Notes: generated by a model from the sequence alone, not told the origin. A stretch of 39,261 nt of DNA from Candidatus Magasanikbacteria bacterium CG_4_10_14_0_2_um_filter_37_12 (GCA_002793015.1 PFPK01000046.1:1-39261), one strand, 5' to 3'. Positions 8,360-17,302 are shown, counted from the stretch's first letter. Numbers and translations are program-made.

Positions 8360-8742
8360 CTCGGTGGGCGAGATTCGAACTCGCGACCAATTGGTTACAC
8401 TTGTCTTCTGGTTTCCCAAAAGGATGGACTATATTATCACCCTTGCCAAAAATCTCGATTTGACCGAGAAGCGTGTGGGTGCGAGGCGCTTCCCCACCCC
8501 GATGAACATCAGGGGAGTACTCCCTTAAAGGGATAGTCTCTGAACCTTCCTTTTCATGTCTCACACTACGCCAGAAATCTATCCGCAACGTCAAGAAATG
8601 AAAAGGCTTGGCTGCTGATTACCCACTCTGCATAACAGAGTTCAGGCTTCCAGCAGTTCACCTCGTTATCATCCCGATATTACTATCGGGAGCTGCTATA
8701 TATTGTTTACAGCCAACTGCTCTACCACTGAGCTACCACCGA
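8360..8742 (-). tRNA. trnN: tRNA-Asn(GTT), interrupted by a group I intron; exons 8742-8709 and 8397-8360
   Basis: 5' exon TCGGTGGTAGCTCAGTGGTAGAGCAGTTGGCTGT plus 3' exon TAACCAATTGGTCGCGAGTTCGAATCTCGCCCACCGAG. Acceptor TCGGTGG/CCACCGA, loop CT-GTT-AA, discriminator G, CCA not encoded. Confidence 0.93.
8398..8708 (-). ncRNA. Group I self-splicing intron (311 nt, no homing ORF)
   Basis: 5' exon ends in U, intron ends in G. P1 GCUGU/GCAGC (8696-8692) with U.G; P2 with GUAA loop; P3 CGAGGUG/CGCCUCG; P AACUGCUGGAA, Q AAUCAGCAG, R GUUCAGAGACUA, S GAUAAUAUAGUCC; P9 with GAAA loop. Confidence 0.93.
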
Positions 8743-8780
8743 ATATGTCGTATGATCTTTTGTATAAAAAGGTCGGATAT

Positions 8781-8809
8781 ATAATACTAAAAAATATACA
8801 AGATGTCAA
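8781..8809 (-). promoter_or_regulatory. Promoter of tRNA-Asn
   Basis: TTGACA (8809-8804)-17 nt-TATTAT (8786-8781). Confidence 0.65.
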
Positions 8810-8825
8810 TAGATTTTTAAGATAA

Positions 8826-8852
8826 AAAATCTTACTATGTTAGTAAGATTTT
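8826..8852 (-). terminator. Terminator after rlmN
   Basis: AAAATCTTACTA-TGT-TAGTAAGATTTT inverted repeat with a U tract. Confidence 0.6.
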
Positions 8853-8931
8853 GGCTATTTTTTATCAAAGCACTTGAACTTTGTACGATAGGCTTCCAGA
8901 TAAAACATTGTCCATTCAGCCAAAGGTTTTG

Positions 8932-9945
8932 CTAATTATTCTTCTCCCCAACCAACTGTCCACAAGCAGCATTAATATCTGTACCAAAAGTTTGGCGCTG
9001 AGTAACTCTGACTCCTGCTCTCATCAGAATATTCATAAATTTTTTAATAGCCACTGGGGTTGAGGAACGAAATTTCCCGGTCGGATTGTAGCGAATCAAA
9101 TTCACCATATATAAAGGACGATTGATCAGTTTCGCCAACTGTTTGGCGTGGTACTCACTATCATTCACTCCATCGATCATCAGGTACTCAAACATCACTT
9201 GCCTTGATTTCTCATCAACATAATTTCTAATAGCACTCATCAGTTCATCCAATGAATATTTTGTATTGACAGGCATGAGCTCTGAACGAAGTTTGTCATT
9301 TGGAGCATGGAGTGAAATCGCCAGGTTAACTTGCATCTTCTCTTTGGTAAATTTGTTGATTTGTGGTACTAGTCCACAAGTGGAGACAGAGATATGCCGT
9401 GCTCCGATATTGAATCTCTCCTTATTATTGAGAGTCCTTATCGACTCCATGACATTGTTATAATTTAAAAAAGGCTCGCCCATCCCCATAAAGACAACGT
9501 TGGTCACTCGAACAGGCCTTTTACCAGTGTCGTTGTTTAAATATCTCTGCCAAAACAAAACTTGCTCGACTATCTCGGTAACTTCTAAATTTCTCTTGTA
9601 GCCTAGCTTGCCAGTGGCACAAAAGCTACATCGCATTGGACAACCTACTTGAGAAGATACACAGACTGTTGCTCTGCCATCACGATGTTTTAATAAAACT
9701 GTCTCGATAACACTTAGATCATCAAGGCATATAAGGGCTTTAACAGTATCAGTATTTTTTGAACCTGATATTTTGGCTTTTATTTTTAGCTGGCATTCAC
9801 TATTCAATGATTCCCGCAAAGTCAAAGGAAGAGTTGTGTTGTCATTCCAGTCAGAAATTAGATCCACAAAAATTGCTTTATAGGCTTGCTTAAAACGGAA
9901 TTTTGGCTCATTTGCTAAGATAATTTTGAGATTGTCTAGGTTCAT
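8932..9945 (-). CDS. rlmN: 23S rRNA/tRNA adenine C2-methyltransferase, radical SAM
   Basis: CVSSQVGCPMRCSFCATG, FMGMGEP, LAISLHA, INAACGQL. Confidence 0.96.
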   Translation of the reverse strand: MNLDNLKIILANEPKFRFKQAYKAIFVDLISDWNDNTTLPLTLRESLNSECQLKIKAKISGSKNTDTVKALICLDDLSVIETVLLKHRDGRATVCVSSQVGCPMRCSFCATGKLGYKRNLEVTEIVEQVLFWQRYLNNDTGKRPVRVTNVVFMGMGEPFLNYNNVMESIRTLNNKERFNIGARHISVSTCGLVPQINKFTKEKMQVNLAISLHAPNDKLRSELMPVNTKYSLDELMSAIRNYVDEKSRQVMFEYLMIDGVNDSEYHAKQLAKLINRPLYMVNLIRYNPTGKFRSSTPVAIKKFMNILMRAGVRVTQRQTFGTDINAACGQLVGEKNN

Positions 9946-10002
9946 AGAAAGATTTGCTGATTGGTATTTCTATCCGAAAAAATATTTGGTTTAAGACCTT
10001 TC

Positions 10003-10031
10003 AGAATAGCATGATAGAAGATCATTGTCAA
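10003..10031 (-). promoter_or_regulatory. Promoter of rlmN
   Basis: TTGACA (10031-10026)-17 nt-TATTCT (10008-10003), with an extended -10 TGn. Confidence 0.55.
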
Positions 10032-10046
10032 TCTGAACGCATCAAG

Positions 10047-10097
10047 TGTCAAACCAAAGTTAAAATGTCATAGTTTGAGCTTTTTTAAAATGTCATA
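10047..10097 (+). repeat. Direct repeat TTAAAATGTCATA x2, possible orphan IS end
   Basis: Exact 13-bp copies at 10060-10072 and 10085-10097, preceded by TGTC at 10047. Confidence 0.45.
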
Positions 10098-10224
10098 CTT
10101 GGTTATTTTTGGCTGAAATAAAAAGAAAAATAGGTATTTAACCTACTTTTTTTTGTGTCGAGCTCGCATACGGGGAGAGCTTCAGAACTTTTTTTAGCTA
10201 GTTGCAGATAAATTTTATCTAAAA

Positions 10225-10497
10225 TTACAGATTTTTATAAATATCGTGTTTACCTATTGAAATAAACAAAATATCACCATTTTTTTGACGTTTGAAAATT
10301 GTTCTATAATTTTTATTTAGTGATATTGACCATAGAAAATTCAAGTCGCCATGTAATTGATGAAGTCTGAGAGAGTGATGAAGAGGATTGAGTCTAAATA
10401 TTTTTTCTTTCTTTTCAAATATATTCAATATATCTGGTGATAATTTTTTTGCCTCCTTCAAAAATGACGGTGCATAAAAAACATTATTTACTATCAT
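10225..10497 (-). CDS. RelE/ParE-superfamily (YafQ/RelE-like) toxin
   Basis: 90 aa, basic. YAPSFLKEAKKL, NPLHHSLRLHQLHG, WSISLNKNYR, IGKHDIY. Overlaps the upstream antitoxin. Confidence 0.88.
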   Translation of the reverse strand: MIVNNVFYAPSFLKEAKKLSPDILNIFEKKEKIFRLNPLHHSLRLHQLHGDLNFLWSISLNKNYRTIFKRQKNGDILFISIGKHDIYKNL

Positions 10498-10729
10498 ATA
10501 TCTTCAATGCTTCAGTGATAGACGCAGCCTGTATGCACTTTCCTTCCTCATAATCTCTCTCAGTTTCTTCTACATCTTTTAAAAGCTGTGCAACGCTAAT
10601 CACGTCATTATCAGCTTCAAATAAATATTTTATATAACTGGAAACAGATGCAAAGCCTTTTTGTTTCGCTTTTTTTTTAATTTCTTTTGTTGTTTGTTGT
10701 GGCAGTGATAAACTCAATACTTGACGCAT
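10484..10729 (-). CDS. Ribbon-helix-helix antitoxin
   Basis: MRQVLSLSLP strand, two helices (SVSSYIKYL), acidic C-terminus. Lies upstream of and overlaps the toxin. Confidence 0.82.
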   Translation of the reverse strand: MRQVLSLSLPQQTTKEIKKKAKQKGFASVSSYIKYLFEADNDVISVAQLLKDVEETERDYEEGKCIQAASITEALKIYDSK

Positions 10730-10752
10730 ATATTTTGATTAATAATATACCT

Positions 10753-10783
10753 ACATTGTAATACATATGTAATACAATGTCAA
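10753..10783 (-). promoter_or_regulatory. TA promoter with palindromic operator
   Basis: TTGACA (10783-10778)-17 nt-TACAAT (10760-10755). The 28-bp palindrome ACATTGTAATACATATGTAATACAATGT (10753-10780, 13 of 14 pairs) covers the spacer and -10. Confidence 0.8.
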
Positions 10784-10803
10784 TGATACTTATTCACATC
10801 CAC

Positions 10804-10835
10804 AAAAAATATGACTAATTTTAGTCATATTTTTT
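10804..10835 (-). terminator. Terminator after the SWIM gene
   Basis: AAAAAATATGACTAA-TT-TTAGTCATATTTTTT perfect inverted repeat. Confidence 0.65.
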
Positions 10836-10882
10836 AGCTCGTGGTTTGCGGGCATTGTTGAAAATAGCGGTGTTAATTTTTT

Positions 10883-11629
10883 TCATTCATCAAATCCTTC
10901 GTCCACTATCTTTACTAATGGTTCTTCCCAATCAAAACAGGTTTGTACACCACATAAATTTTCAAAAGCTGACACACAAAGGTCATCCATGTGAGCATAT
11001 TCTTGGAGAAGAACAACCACTTCTGTCATAAACCCGCCCACGGTACCATCTGAATCATCTACCCCGCCAGTGCATAATTTTTTGTCTAGACGCAAAAGTA
11101 AATTAACCAATAATTTTGCCGTCTGCTCACTTACCGGTAATGTTGATACAATATGTGATAGACGATTGACACCCTCTGCAAGAGAATCTTGATACACAAA
11201 CCAAATTCTAGATGGGCCACTATACGACTTGATATATTTCATCGCCGAGGTAATTGATTTTTTTAGTGTTAGCAAATCTTCTTTGTCCAATTCACCATAA
11301 TTACCGCTACATTTTGGACTAGTAATAATTTCCTTATCTTCTTGTTTTAATTTTTCACCGTCTAAAACTGCATAGATAGATACGGCTACTATATGTTTGC
11401 AAAGCGTATCTCTTTGACCAAGATAACAATTACAAGTAGCTAAACCATAACGACGAGCCTCTATTGAAACTCTGTACGGTTGGGTACCAAGTACTACAGC
11501 ATTATAAGAACCGATCCTTTCTTTAAACTGAGTTACTTTTCCGTTTTCATACAAATTAATGGCTCTTTCAAAAGTTTGTTTATCTGTAGCAAATTTAATT
11601 TTATTTATATCATATGCTGGTTTTTGCAT
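10883..11629 (-). CDS. SWIM zinc-finger domain protein
   Basis: FERAINLYENGKV...AVVLGTQPYRV...CNCYLGQRDTLCKHIVAV; helical C-terminal region with DDSDG. Confidence 0.85.
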   Translation of the reverse strand: MQKPAYDINKIKFATDKQTFERAINLYENGKVTQFKERIGSYNAVVLGTQPYRVSIEARRYGLATCNCYLGQRDTLCKHIVAVSIYAVLDGEKLKQEDKEIITSPKCSGNYGELDKEDLLTLKKSITSAMKYIKSYSGPSRIWFVYQDSLAEGVNRLSHIVSTLPVSEQTAKLLVNLLLRLDKKLCTGGVDDSDGTVGGFMTEVVVLLQEYAHMDDLCVSAFENLCGVQTCFDWEEPLVKIVDEGFDE

Positions 11630-11655
11630 ACTATCTATCTTAATTTTCTGATACT

Positions 11656-11729
11656 TGGCTCGCGGGCAGGGATTCGAACCCCGATAGTCAGGACCAAAAC
11701 CTGAAGTCCTACCTTTAGACGACCCGCGA
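11656..11729 (-). tRNA. trnQ: tRNA-Gln(TTG)
   Basis: Acceptor TCGCGGG/CCCGCGA, anticodon arm TCAGG-TTTTGGT-CCTGA, GGTTCGAATCC, encoded CCA. Confidence 0.93.
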
Positions 11730-11843
11730 ATATTTATTGTAAGTGACCTAAATTCTCCATCAAACTTGTCCGCTTATGTTGGCGGAGCGGAACGATCCAC
11801 AAACAAACTAGTACTAATTACAGATTACCAGTTACCAACGTCT

Positions 11844-12752
11844 TTAGACCTTCAAATGTCTCCTAATAGCCAATATGCTAGAAAACAAGGTGAGCAAAAG
11901 TACTACCCCAAACTGGACACCAACGAGCAATATTATATTGTCTAAGTAGTAATTTGTCAAGAAGGCTGTTTTGTTGAATATAACCCCCACGTATGGATCT
12001 ATGAAGCTTATAATGAAGAGAACCAATGAGAAAGTAACAGCTGTGCTAACAACACTAAAAATCAAAGACTCCACCAGGAATGGGCCACGCACAAACCAAT
12101 TAGTGGCTCCAACAAGTTTTTTGATACTAATTTCGATTCTCTGGGTATAGATAGCAATGCGTATAGTGTTGAAGATAATAAGGAAAGCAATAATACCGAA
12201 AAAGGTGCTAAGAGCAATAGTAAAACGCTCAACCTGGGTAGTAATATTATCAATCTTACGAATTGCCACTTCTGTATCAGTAAAAGTCTTTGACTCTATA
12301 ATATTCTCATACTCAGGAATATTGAGAGCTGCAATAATATTGGGATAATCAGAAGGCACACGAGTCTTAATGACCGTGGTCGGTCCTAATGGGTTTTCGT
12401 CTAATTCATCGAGGGATGCTAATATTTCCTCATTTCCAGCGTGCGTTTTTTTGAAATCATCAAGCACTTGTTCACTGCTATAAAAAGTAACCTCAACAAC
12501 TTCTGGAAAAGAGTTTATATATTCAGTCACTTCCTTTATCTCTTCGTCAGTAGAATCAGCATTAAAATAAATACTAACATCAATTTGATCTTTGATAGAT
12601 TGTGTAGCCTGATTTGTCAAAATTTGAATGACAAACAATGTATTCACTGATAACAACATTAGAATCAAAATCAAAATCGTCATGAGTGAAAGACCAAAAT
12701 TACGACCAATATCTTGAAGAGCAAATTTTATAATACGTAAAAATGAAAACAT
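11844..12752 (-). CDS. ftsX: Cell division permease-like protein FtsX
   Basis: 4 TM with a large loop, ENPL, IFNTIRIAIY..RIEISIKKLVGATNWFVRGPF; follows ftsE. Confidence 0.92.
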   Translation of the reverse strand: MFSFLRIIKFALQDIGRNFGLSLMTILILILMLLSVNTLFVIQILTNQATQSIKDQIDVSIYFNADSTDEEIKEVTEYINSFPEVVEVTFYSSEQVLDDFKKTHAGNEEILASLDELDENPLGPTTVIKTRVPSDYPNIIAALNIPEYENIIESKTFTDTEVAIRKIDNITTQVERFTIALSTFFGIIAFLIIFNTIRIAIYTQRIEISIKKLVGATNWFVRGPFLVESLIFSVVSTAVTFSLVLFIISFIDPYVGVIFNKTAFLTNYYLDNIILLVGVQFGVVLLLTLFSSILAIRRHLKV

Positions 12753-12758
12753 AAATTT

Positions 12759-13451
12759 TTAATGCTTTTTACTTAAATTATATTTTCCATGTTCTTCATC
12801 AGAAATAACCTTACCATTCTGAAGAGTAATAACTCTGCGCCTAAGTTGATTGACTATCTCACGATTGTGAGTAACCAAAAGAATGGTTGTGCCAAATTCA
12901 TTTATTTTTTTTAAAATTTCCATTATTTCTTGGGTATTAATGGAGTCCAAATTGCCAGTTGGTTCATCTGCCACAAGTATCTTCGGCCGATGAACTAAAG
13001 ACCTAGCTATAACTACTCTTTGTTGTTCACCACCAGACATCTGGTGTGGATAACGAGCACCCTTATGCCCCAAACCAACAATATCAAGCACTCGAGGCAC
13101 GACTTCACGAATTCTTGAACCAGACTCCCCTGCCACTTGGAGAGCAAAGGCAACGTTTTCGGTGACAGTCTTTTTTGGCAGTAATTTGAAATCTTGAAAA
13201 ATAACTCCAATCTGACGACGAAGCAGCGGAATATCGTGATAAGAAATTCGAGAAATATCCCATCCGCCAATTTCAATTTTGCCGGCTGACGGTCTTTCTT
13301 CAGCAATAATCAATTTAACAAGAGTAGTCTTGCCAGTGCCACTCTGACCGACAACAGAGACAAACTCTCCAGTGCCAATGTGTATATTAACATCATCGAC
13401 TCCAACGCTATCTCTACTATATTGTTTGGAAATTCCAGTGAGTGAAATCAT
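12759..13451 (-). CDS. ftsE: Cell division ATP-binding protein FtsE
   Basis: GQSGTGKTT, IGVIFQDFKLL, SGGEQQRV, ADEPTGNLD. Confidence 0.93.
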   Translation of the reverse strand: MISLTGISKQYSRDSVGVDDVNIHIGTGEFVSVVGQSGTGKTTLVKLIIAEERPSAGKIEIGGWDISRISYHDIPLLRRQIGVIFQDFKLLPKKTVTENVAFALQVAGESGSRIREVVPRVLDIVGLGHKGARYPHQMSGGEQQRVVIARSLVHRPKILVADEPTGNLDSINTQEIMEILKKINEFGTTILLVTHNREIVNQLRRRVITLQNGKVISDEEHGKYNLSKKH

Positions 13452-13651
13452 AGATATAAATTAATTTTGACCGCAAGAAAAAATCTTTAGAAAGTAAGAT
13501 AATAAATTCCCTACAGTAAAAATTCTAGCACTGACCATGCCAGAACAACCAACGAACTGACAAGAAATTACAATGGTTTTTATTATAACATATTTGCAAA
13601 AACAAAAAAATAGGTTTGTCCTACTTTATCAAATCTGCTTAAAAAATAATG

Positions 13652-13724
13652 AGCCCACGAGCAGGATCGAACTGCTGACCTATGCGTTACGAATGCATTG
13701 CTCTACCAACTGAGCTACGCGGGC
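13652..13724 (-). tRNA. trnT: tRNA-Thr(CGT)
   Basis: GCCCGCGTAGCTCAGTTGGTAGAGC, loop TT-CGT-AA, AGTTCGATCCT, 3' strand CGTGGGC; CCA not encoded. Confidence 0.92.
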
Positions 13725-13786
13725 GCTTAAGTGTTCTACTTCAGCCAGAGTCATTGATTAGAAAGCTATGATGGCCTGTGTAAGGG

Positions 13787-14119
13787 CTATTTTAACTCGA
13801 GACGAGGAATAATGTCAATCATTGGCTCTTCGTACGGGTGATCCATTCTAACGGCTTCTACGACACGTAAGAGATCATCTTCGTGGCAAATAACTTCCAC
13901 AACCATCTCATCCACATGTTCAATTTTTCCTATTTTACCGATAGCGGGATTAGCCCCGGCTAGTGGTCGAAAACTACCAGACACTGGATACACATATGTA
14001 CAATAGTCATAGTTGCCAATTTTTCCAGCACCATTCTCTCCCAAGACTTCTTTTATCTTTTCTACAAATTCTTTTGGGAGTACAATTTTTAATTTAAAAT
14101 ATTTTGATTGAGTTAACAT
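13787..14119 (-). CDS. Stand-alone YqfO/Nif3 PII(CutA)-like domain protein
   Basis: GAGKIGNYDYC, GSFRPLAGANPAIG, HPYEEP. Start uncertain (14119 or 14128). Confidence 0.85.
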   Translation of the reverse strand: MLTQSKYFKLKIVLPKEFVEKIKEVLGENGAGKIGNYDYCTYVYPVSGSFRPLAGANPAIGKIGKIEHVDEMVVEVICHEDDLLRVVEAVRMDHPYEEPMIDIIPRLELK

Positions 14120-14254
14120 AATATGCAAGATGCAAGATGCACCAGCGTTATTTACAGTTTTAATTATAAACCACCATACTTTTGCTTAAAAACAAGAACT
14201 CTCTAGAACAACCTGTCCGCCAAATTGAAAGATTGGTTACAATATCACTATAAA

Positions 14255-14284
14255 TATAATCCTTGCTAAATAGCAAGGATTATA
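14255..14284 (-). terminator. Hairpin after the PPIase gene
   Basis: TATAATCCTTGCTA-AA-TAGCAAGGATTATA perfect inverted repeat. Confidence 0.55.
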
Positions 14285-14307
14285 TAGAAAAAATTATAAG
14301 ACAAATC

Positions 14308-15429
14308 TTAACCTTGAATGCCTGTTTCTGCATTTTCATCAATCAACAACTCATCTGTGTTTGTAGTATCTTGTGCTTCCTGAACTTCTTGCTGTGGGGC
14401 TGGTTCATCAAATAAGCCTTCAAAAGGATTGTGAACATCCGCTAAAATTTCAATTTTAGCATCACGAATTTGTGATTCTAAGAAAGCATTAAAATCTTTG
14501 ATAATTTTTTGATCAATAACCTGAATAATGTGATAACCAAATTCTGTCTCCACTAATTCAGGATTTAATTCTCCTGGTTGAAGAGAGAAAGCCACGTTTT
14601 CAAACTCAGGGACCATCATTCCTTTACTAAACCATCCCAAATCTCCGCCATTATCTTTGGTGCTGTCAGATCCATACTGAGCAGCTAGTTCAGCAAAATC
14701 TTCACCATTTTTTATTCTGTCCAAAACTGCCTGTGCTTCTGATTTCAATTCTACTTTATCTTTATCATCAGAAAACATAAATAAGATATGGCGAGCATTT
14801 GTCTGTTCTGAACTGAATTCACTTCCAAATTGATCACTGCTAGTAGCAAATGCCCCAGACAATTTTTGTTCCAAAACTATTGGGCGAATTATTCTGTCAA
14901 CAAAAGTTTCTAGTTTCCACCCAAAGGTCTTTTTAATTTCTTGTTTGGCAGTATCTTCGTCTGGAAACTGTGACATCATTGCTTCCTTAGCATCGGTGAT
15001 GTCCTGGTCTTCCACAACCGTATTGTATTGTGTAGCAAAATTAACAATCAAGCGATTGACCATCAAACGACTAAGTGCTTGATCAGAAATTTGTTCTGCC
15101 GTAGGTGTCGGTGTTCCATTTTTGTCTTGAGTAGCATAAAATAAACTAAGAGATTTTTTGTCCATCACATAATCCGTATATGCGACATTCAATCCATTTA
15201 TTTTGGCTACAGGAACATGAAAAAACTCTGCACTACGAAGCGTAAAATCCGACTCTGACAAACTGTGAACAGAATTTATAGTCACAAAATAACTACCAAT
15301 AAGCCCAAGTAACACTACAACTAACACTCCCAATATAAATGTTTTTAATACAGAATTTGGCTGTTTTTTTACAGTCTTTGAGTCTGATGGTGTATTTTCT
15401 GTTGGCATTTTGCGTGTTTCTTCTTCCAT
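14308..15429 (-). CDS. PrsA/SurA-like parvulin peptidyl-prolyl isomerase
   Basis: N-terminal TM, SurA-like domain, ARHIL, GEDFAELA, GGDLGWF, MVPEFE, TEFGYHII. Confidence 0.9.
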   Translation of the reverse strand: MEEETRKMPTENTPSDSKTVKKQPNSVLKTFILGVLVVVLLGLIGSYFVTINSVHSLSESDFTLRSAEFFHVPVAKINGLNVAYTDYVMDKKSLSLFYATQDKNGTPTPTAEQISDQALSRLMVNRLIVNFATQYNTVVEDQDITDAKEAMMSQFPDEDTAKQEIKKTFGWKLETFVDRIIRPIVLEQKLSGAFATSSDQFGSEFSSEQTNARHILFMFSDDKDKVELKSEAQAVLDRIKNGEDFAELAAQYGSDSTKDNGGDLGWFSKGMMVPEFENVAFSLQPGELNPELVETEFGYHIIQVIDQKIIKDFNAFLESQIRDAKIEILADVHNPFEGLFDEPAPQQEVQEAQDTTNTDELLIDENAETGIQG

Positions 15430-15484
15430 AAAATATTAATTAAAATTTATTTTTTAAAAACTAGTGACAAATTATATATGAATT

Positions 15485-15889
15485 CTAATGTATAAAATAA
15501 TACCACCATTGGGCTGGATTGTCCAAATTCTCTTCTGGGGATAGATCTTGGTTGTTCACAATGTTCTTTGTTATATATCCTTCATCACGCTGTGGAAAGG
15601 CTATCACATTTTCGCCTGGCTTTTTTAGATTTAACTCTGTTCTGGCCTTTTCTTCCACAAATGAGGGACTCATGACGTACTTGAGAATCTCCAGAGACTC
15701 TATTTTTTTCTTTTCCAACTTTTTGACCTGATCTTGCAAACTCTGTATTTCTTGTCGGATAGTATAATCCTGATAATACGCTCTCGCATAGCTAAAAGCA
15801 ACAAGAATAGTGACAACAAGAGCTATAACCAAAAAAAGGCGTGATCCAAAAAAACGCTTGAAACCATTTTTGTCTATGTTTCTTGGCAT
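15485..15889 (-). CDS. Septum formation initiator (DivIC/FtsB family)
   Basis: TM, coiled coil, FVEEKARTELNLKKPGE. Confidence 0.85.
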   Translation of the reverse strand: MPRNIDKNGFKRFFGSRLFLVIALVVTILVAFSYARAYYQDYTIRQEIQSLQDQVKKLEKKKIESLEILKYVMSPSFVEEKARTELNLKKPGENVIAFPQRDEGYITKNIVNNQDLSPEENLDNPAQWWYYFIH

Positions 15890-15960
15890 ACTTATTTACA
15901 AGTATAACATTTTTTTTGTTTTTTAAGAAATGATTTTTTAAAAAATCCATAACATAACCA

Positions 15961-17268
15961 TCATAACAAAGCTAAATTTTTTCTTACCTCTTCACGATCA
16001 TCCCATGCAATCATCCTCCCGCCAGCTATGCACATAGCTTGTTCACTTCCTTTACCAGTAACTAGAATCAAATCCTCTTCTCTAGCAATTTCAAGAGCTT
16101 TCTTAATACCCTCTCCCCTATCCAAAATTTTGAACAAATTTTTGTTTGGTATTTTTCCTGTTTTTGCTACCGCACTTGCTACATCATTGATTATTTCCAT
16201 TGGGTCATCATCATAAGAATCTTCGTCTGTCACAATGCAGATGTCTGCTCGTTCCCCAATCAAACTACCAACTGTAAAACGACGTTCTTTATCTCTTCCT
16301 CCTCCAGTCGACCCAAAAACGTGAATGACTCTTTTTGGCTTAAGTAAATCGACAATTTGATAGAGAGCAGTCATAGCATGTGGCTCAAAAGCATAATCTA
16401 CGATTACCTGAAAACCATATTCTTCTGCTTCTTTTATAAATTCTACTCGTCCCGGCACATTCTTAAACTCATTTGTTGCTTCCTGAATGACACTCCAAGA
16501 GATATCTAACTGACGGGCTATTACTACCACTGCCAATATATTATAAATATTATGTTCACCATACATACTGACATTAAACTCCCGATCATGAATTTTGAAA
16601 TGTAGGCCGTTTTTATCAACAATAATATCTTTTGGTTCAAAATCAGAACCAATACCAAATTTTATTTTATTTTCAAAATTAAAATCCAAAAACTTAGTAA
16701 AACCCTTGACTTCCTTATTAACAATCGCTGTTTTCAAAATTGATTTATTATTTATAATTTTAGATTTGTGATTTGCAACATAGTCAAACAAGTCTAATTT
16801 AGCCTGTTTGTATGCCTCAAAACTACCGTGTGATTCGATATGCTCTGGATAAAGATTGGTAAGAATCATCATGTCATAATTGATAAATTTATGACGATGT
16901 TGAACACGGCCTTCTGAAGTAGTCTCAACAATGGCAATATCACAACCTTTCTCAACCATTTTACGCAAGTATTTTTGAATTTTCATCCGTCCAAGCATGG
17001 TCATTTTTTGATCGTTTAACTTTTCCAAGCCTGCAATATAAAAATCAATAGTAGAAAGTACGCCAACAGTATGTCCAGAGCTCTCAAGTAACTGTCTAAG
17101 CAAATAAGCTGTAGTGGACTTTCCACTAGTCCCCGTAATTCCAATCACCAATAATTCTTCTGAAGGATGCTTATATTTGACCGCTCCATACCACGCCCAA
17201 AAAAGATGTCTTAGATTTAAGATTTTTTTTGGGATTAATTTTTTAAGCATTGATTTAATCTGATTCAT
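15961..17268 (-). CDS. murE: MurE-type UDP-MurNAc-tripeptide synthetase
   Basis: IGITGTSGKST, ETTSEG, TNLYPEH, VPGR, VDYA, GGGRDKERR, GKGSE. Start moved to ATG 17268, 6 nt after TATAAT (17280-17275). Confidence 0.88.
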   Translation of the reverse strand: MNQIKSMLKKLIPKKILNLRHLFWAWYGAVKYKHPSEELLVIGITGTSGKSTTAYLLRQLLESSGHTVGVLSTIDFYIAGLEKLNDQKMTMLGRMKIQKYLRKMVEKGCDIAIVETTSEGRVQHRHKFINYDMMILTNLYPEHIESHGSFEAYKQAKLDLFDYVANHKSKIINNKSILKTAIVNKEVKGFTKFLDFNFENKIKFGIGSDFEPKDIIVDKNGLHFKIHDREFNVSMYGEHNIYNILAVVVIARQLDISWSVIQEATNEFKNVPGRVEFIKEAEEYGFQVIVDYAFEPHAMTALYQIVDLLKPKRVIHVFGSTGGGRDKERRFTVGSLIGERADICIVTDEDSYDDDPMEIINDVASAVAKTGKIPNKNLFKILDRGEGIKKALEIAREEDLILVTGKGSEQAMCIAGGRMIAWDDREEVRKNLALL

Positions 17269-17302
17269 ATTTATATTATACTCTTCGTCGTATACTAAGC
17301 TT

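Noticed and set aside
8325..8594. 67-aa and 84-aa ORFs as a possible homing endonuclease
   Set aside because: They overlap the catalytic core and tRNA exon, and have no LAGLIDADG, HNH or GIY-YIG motif.
10836..10855. Possible att duplicate of the tRNA-Gln 3' end
   Set aside because: Only short imperfect matches (GCTCG, GCGGGCA), consistent with chance; no integrase.
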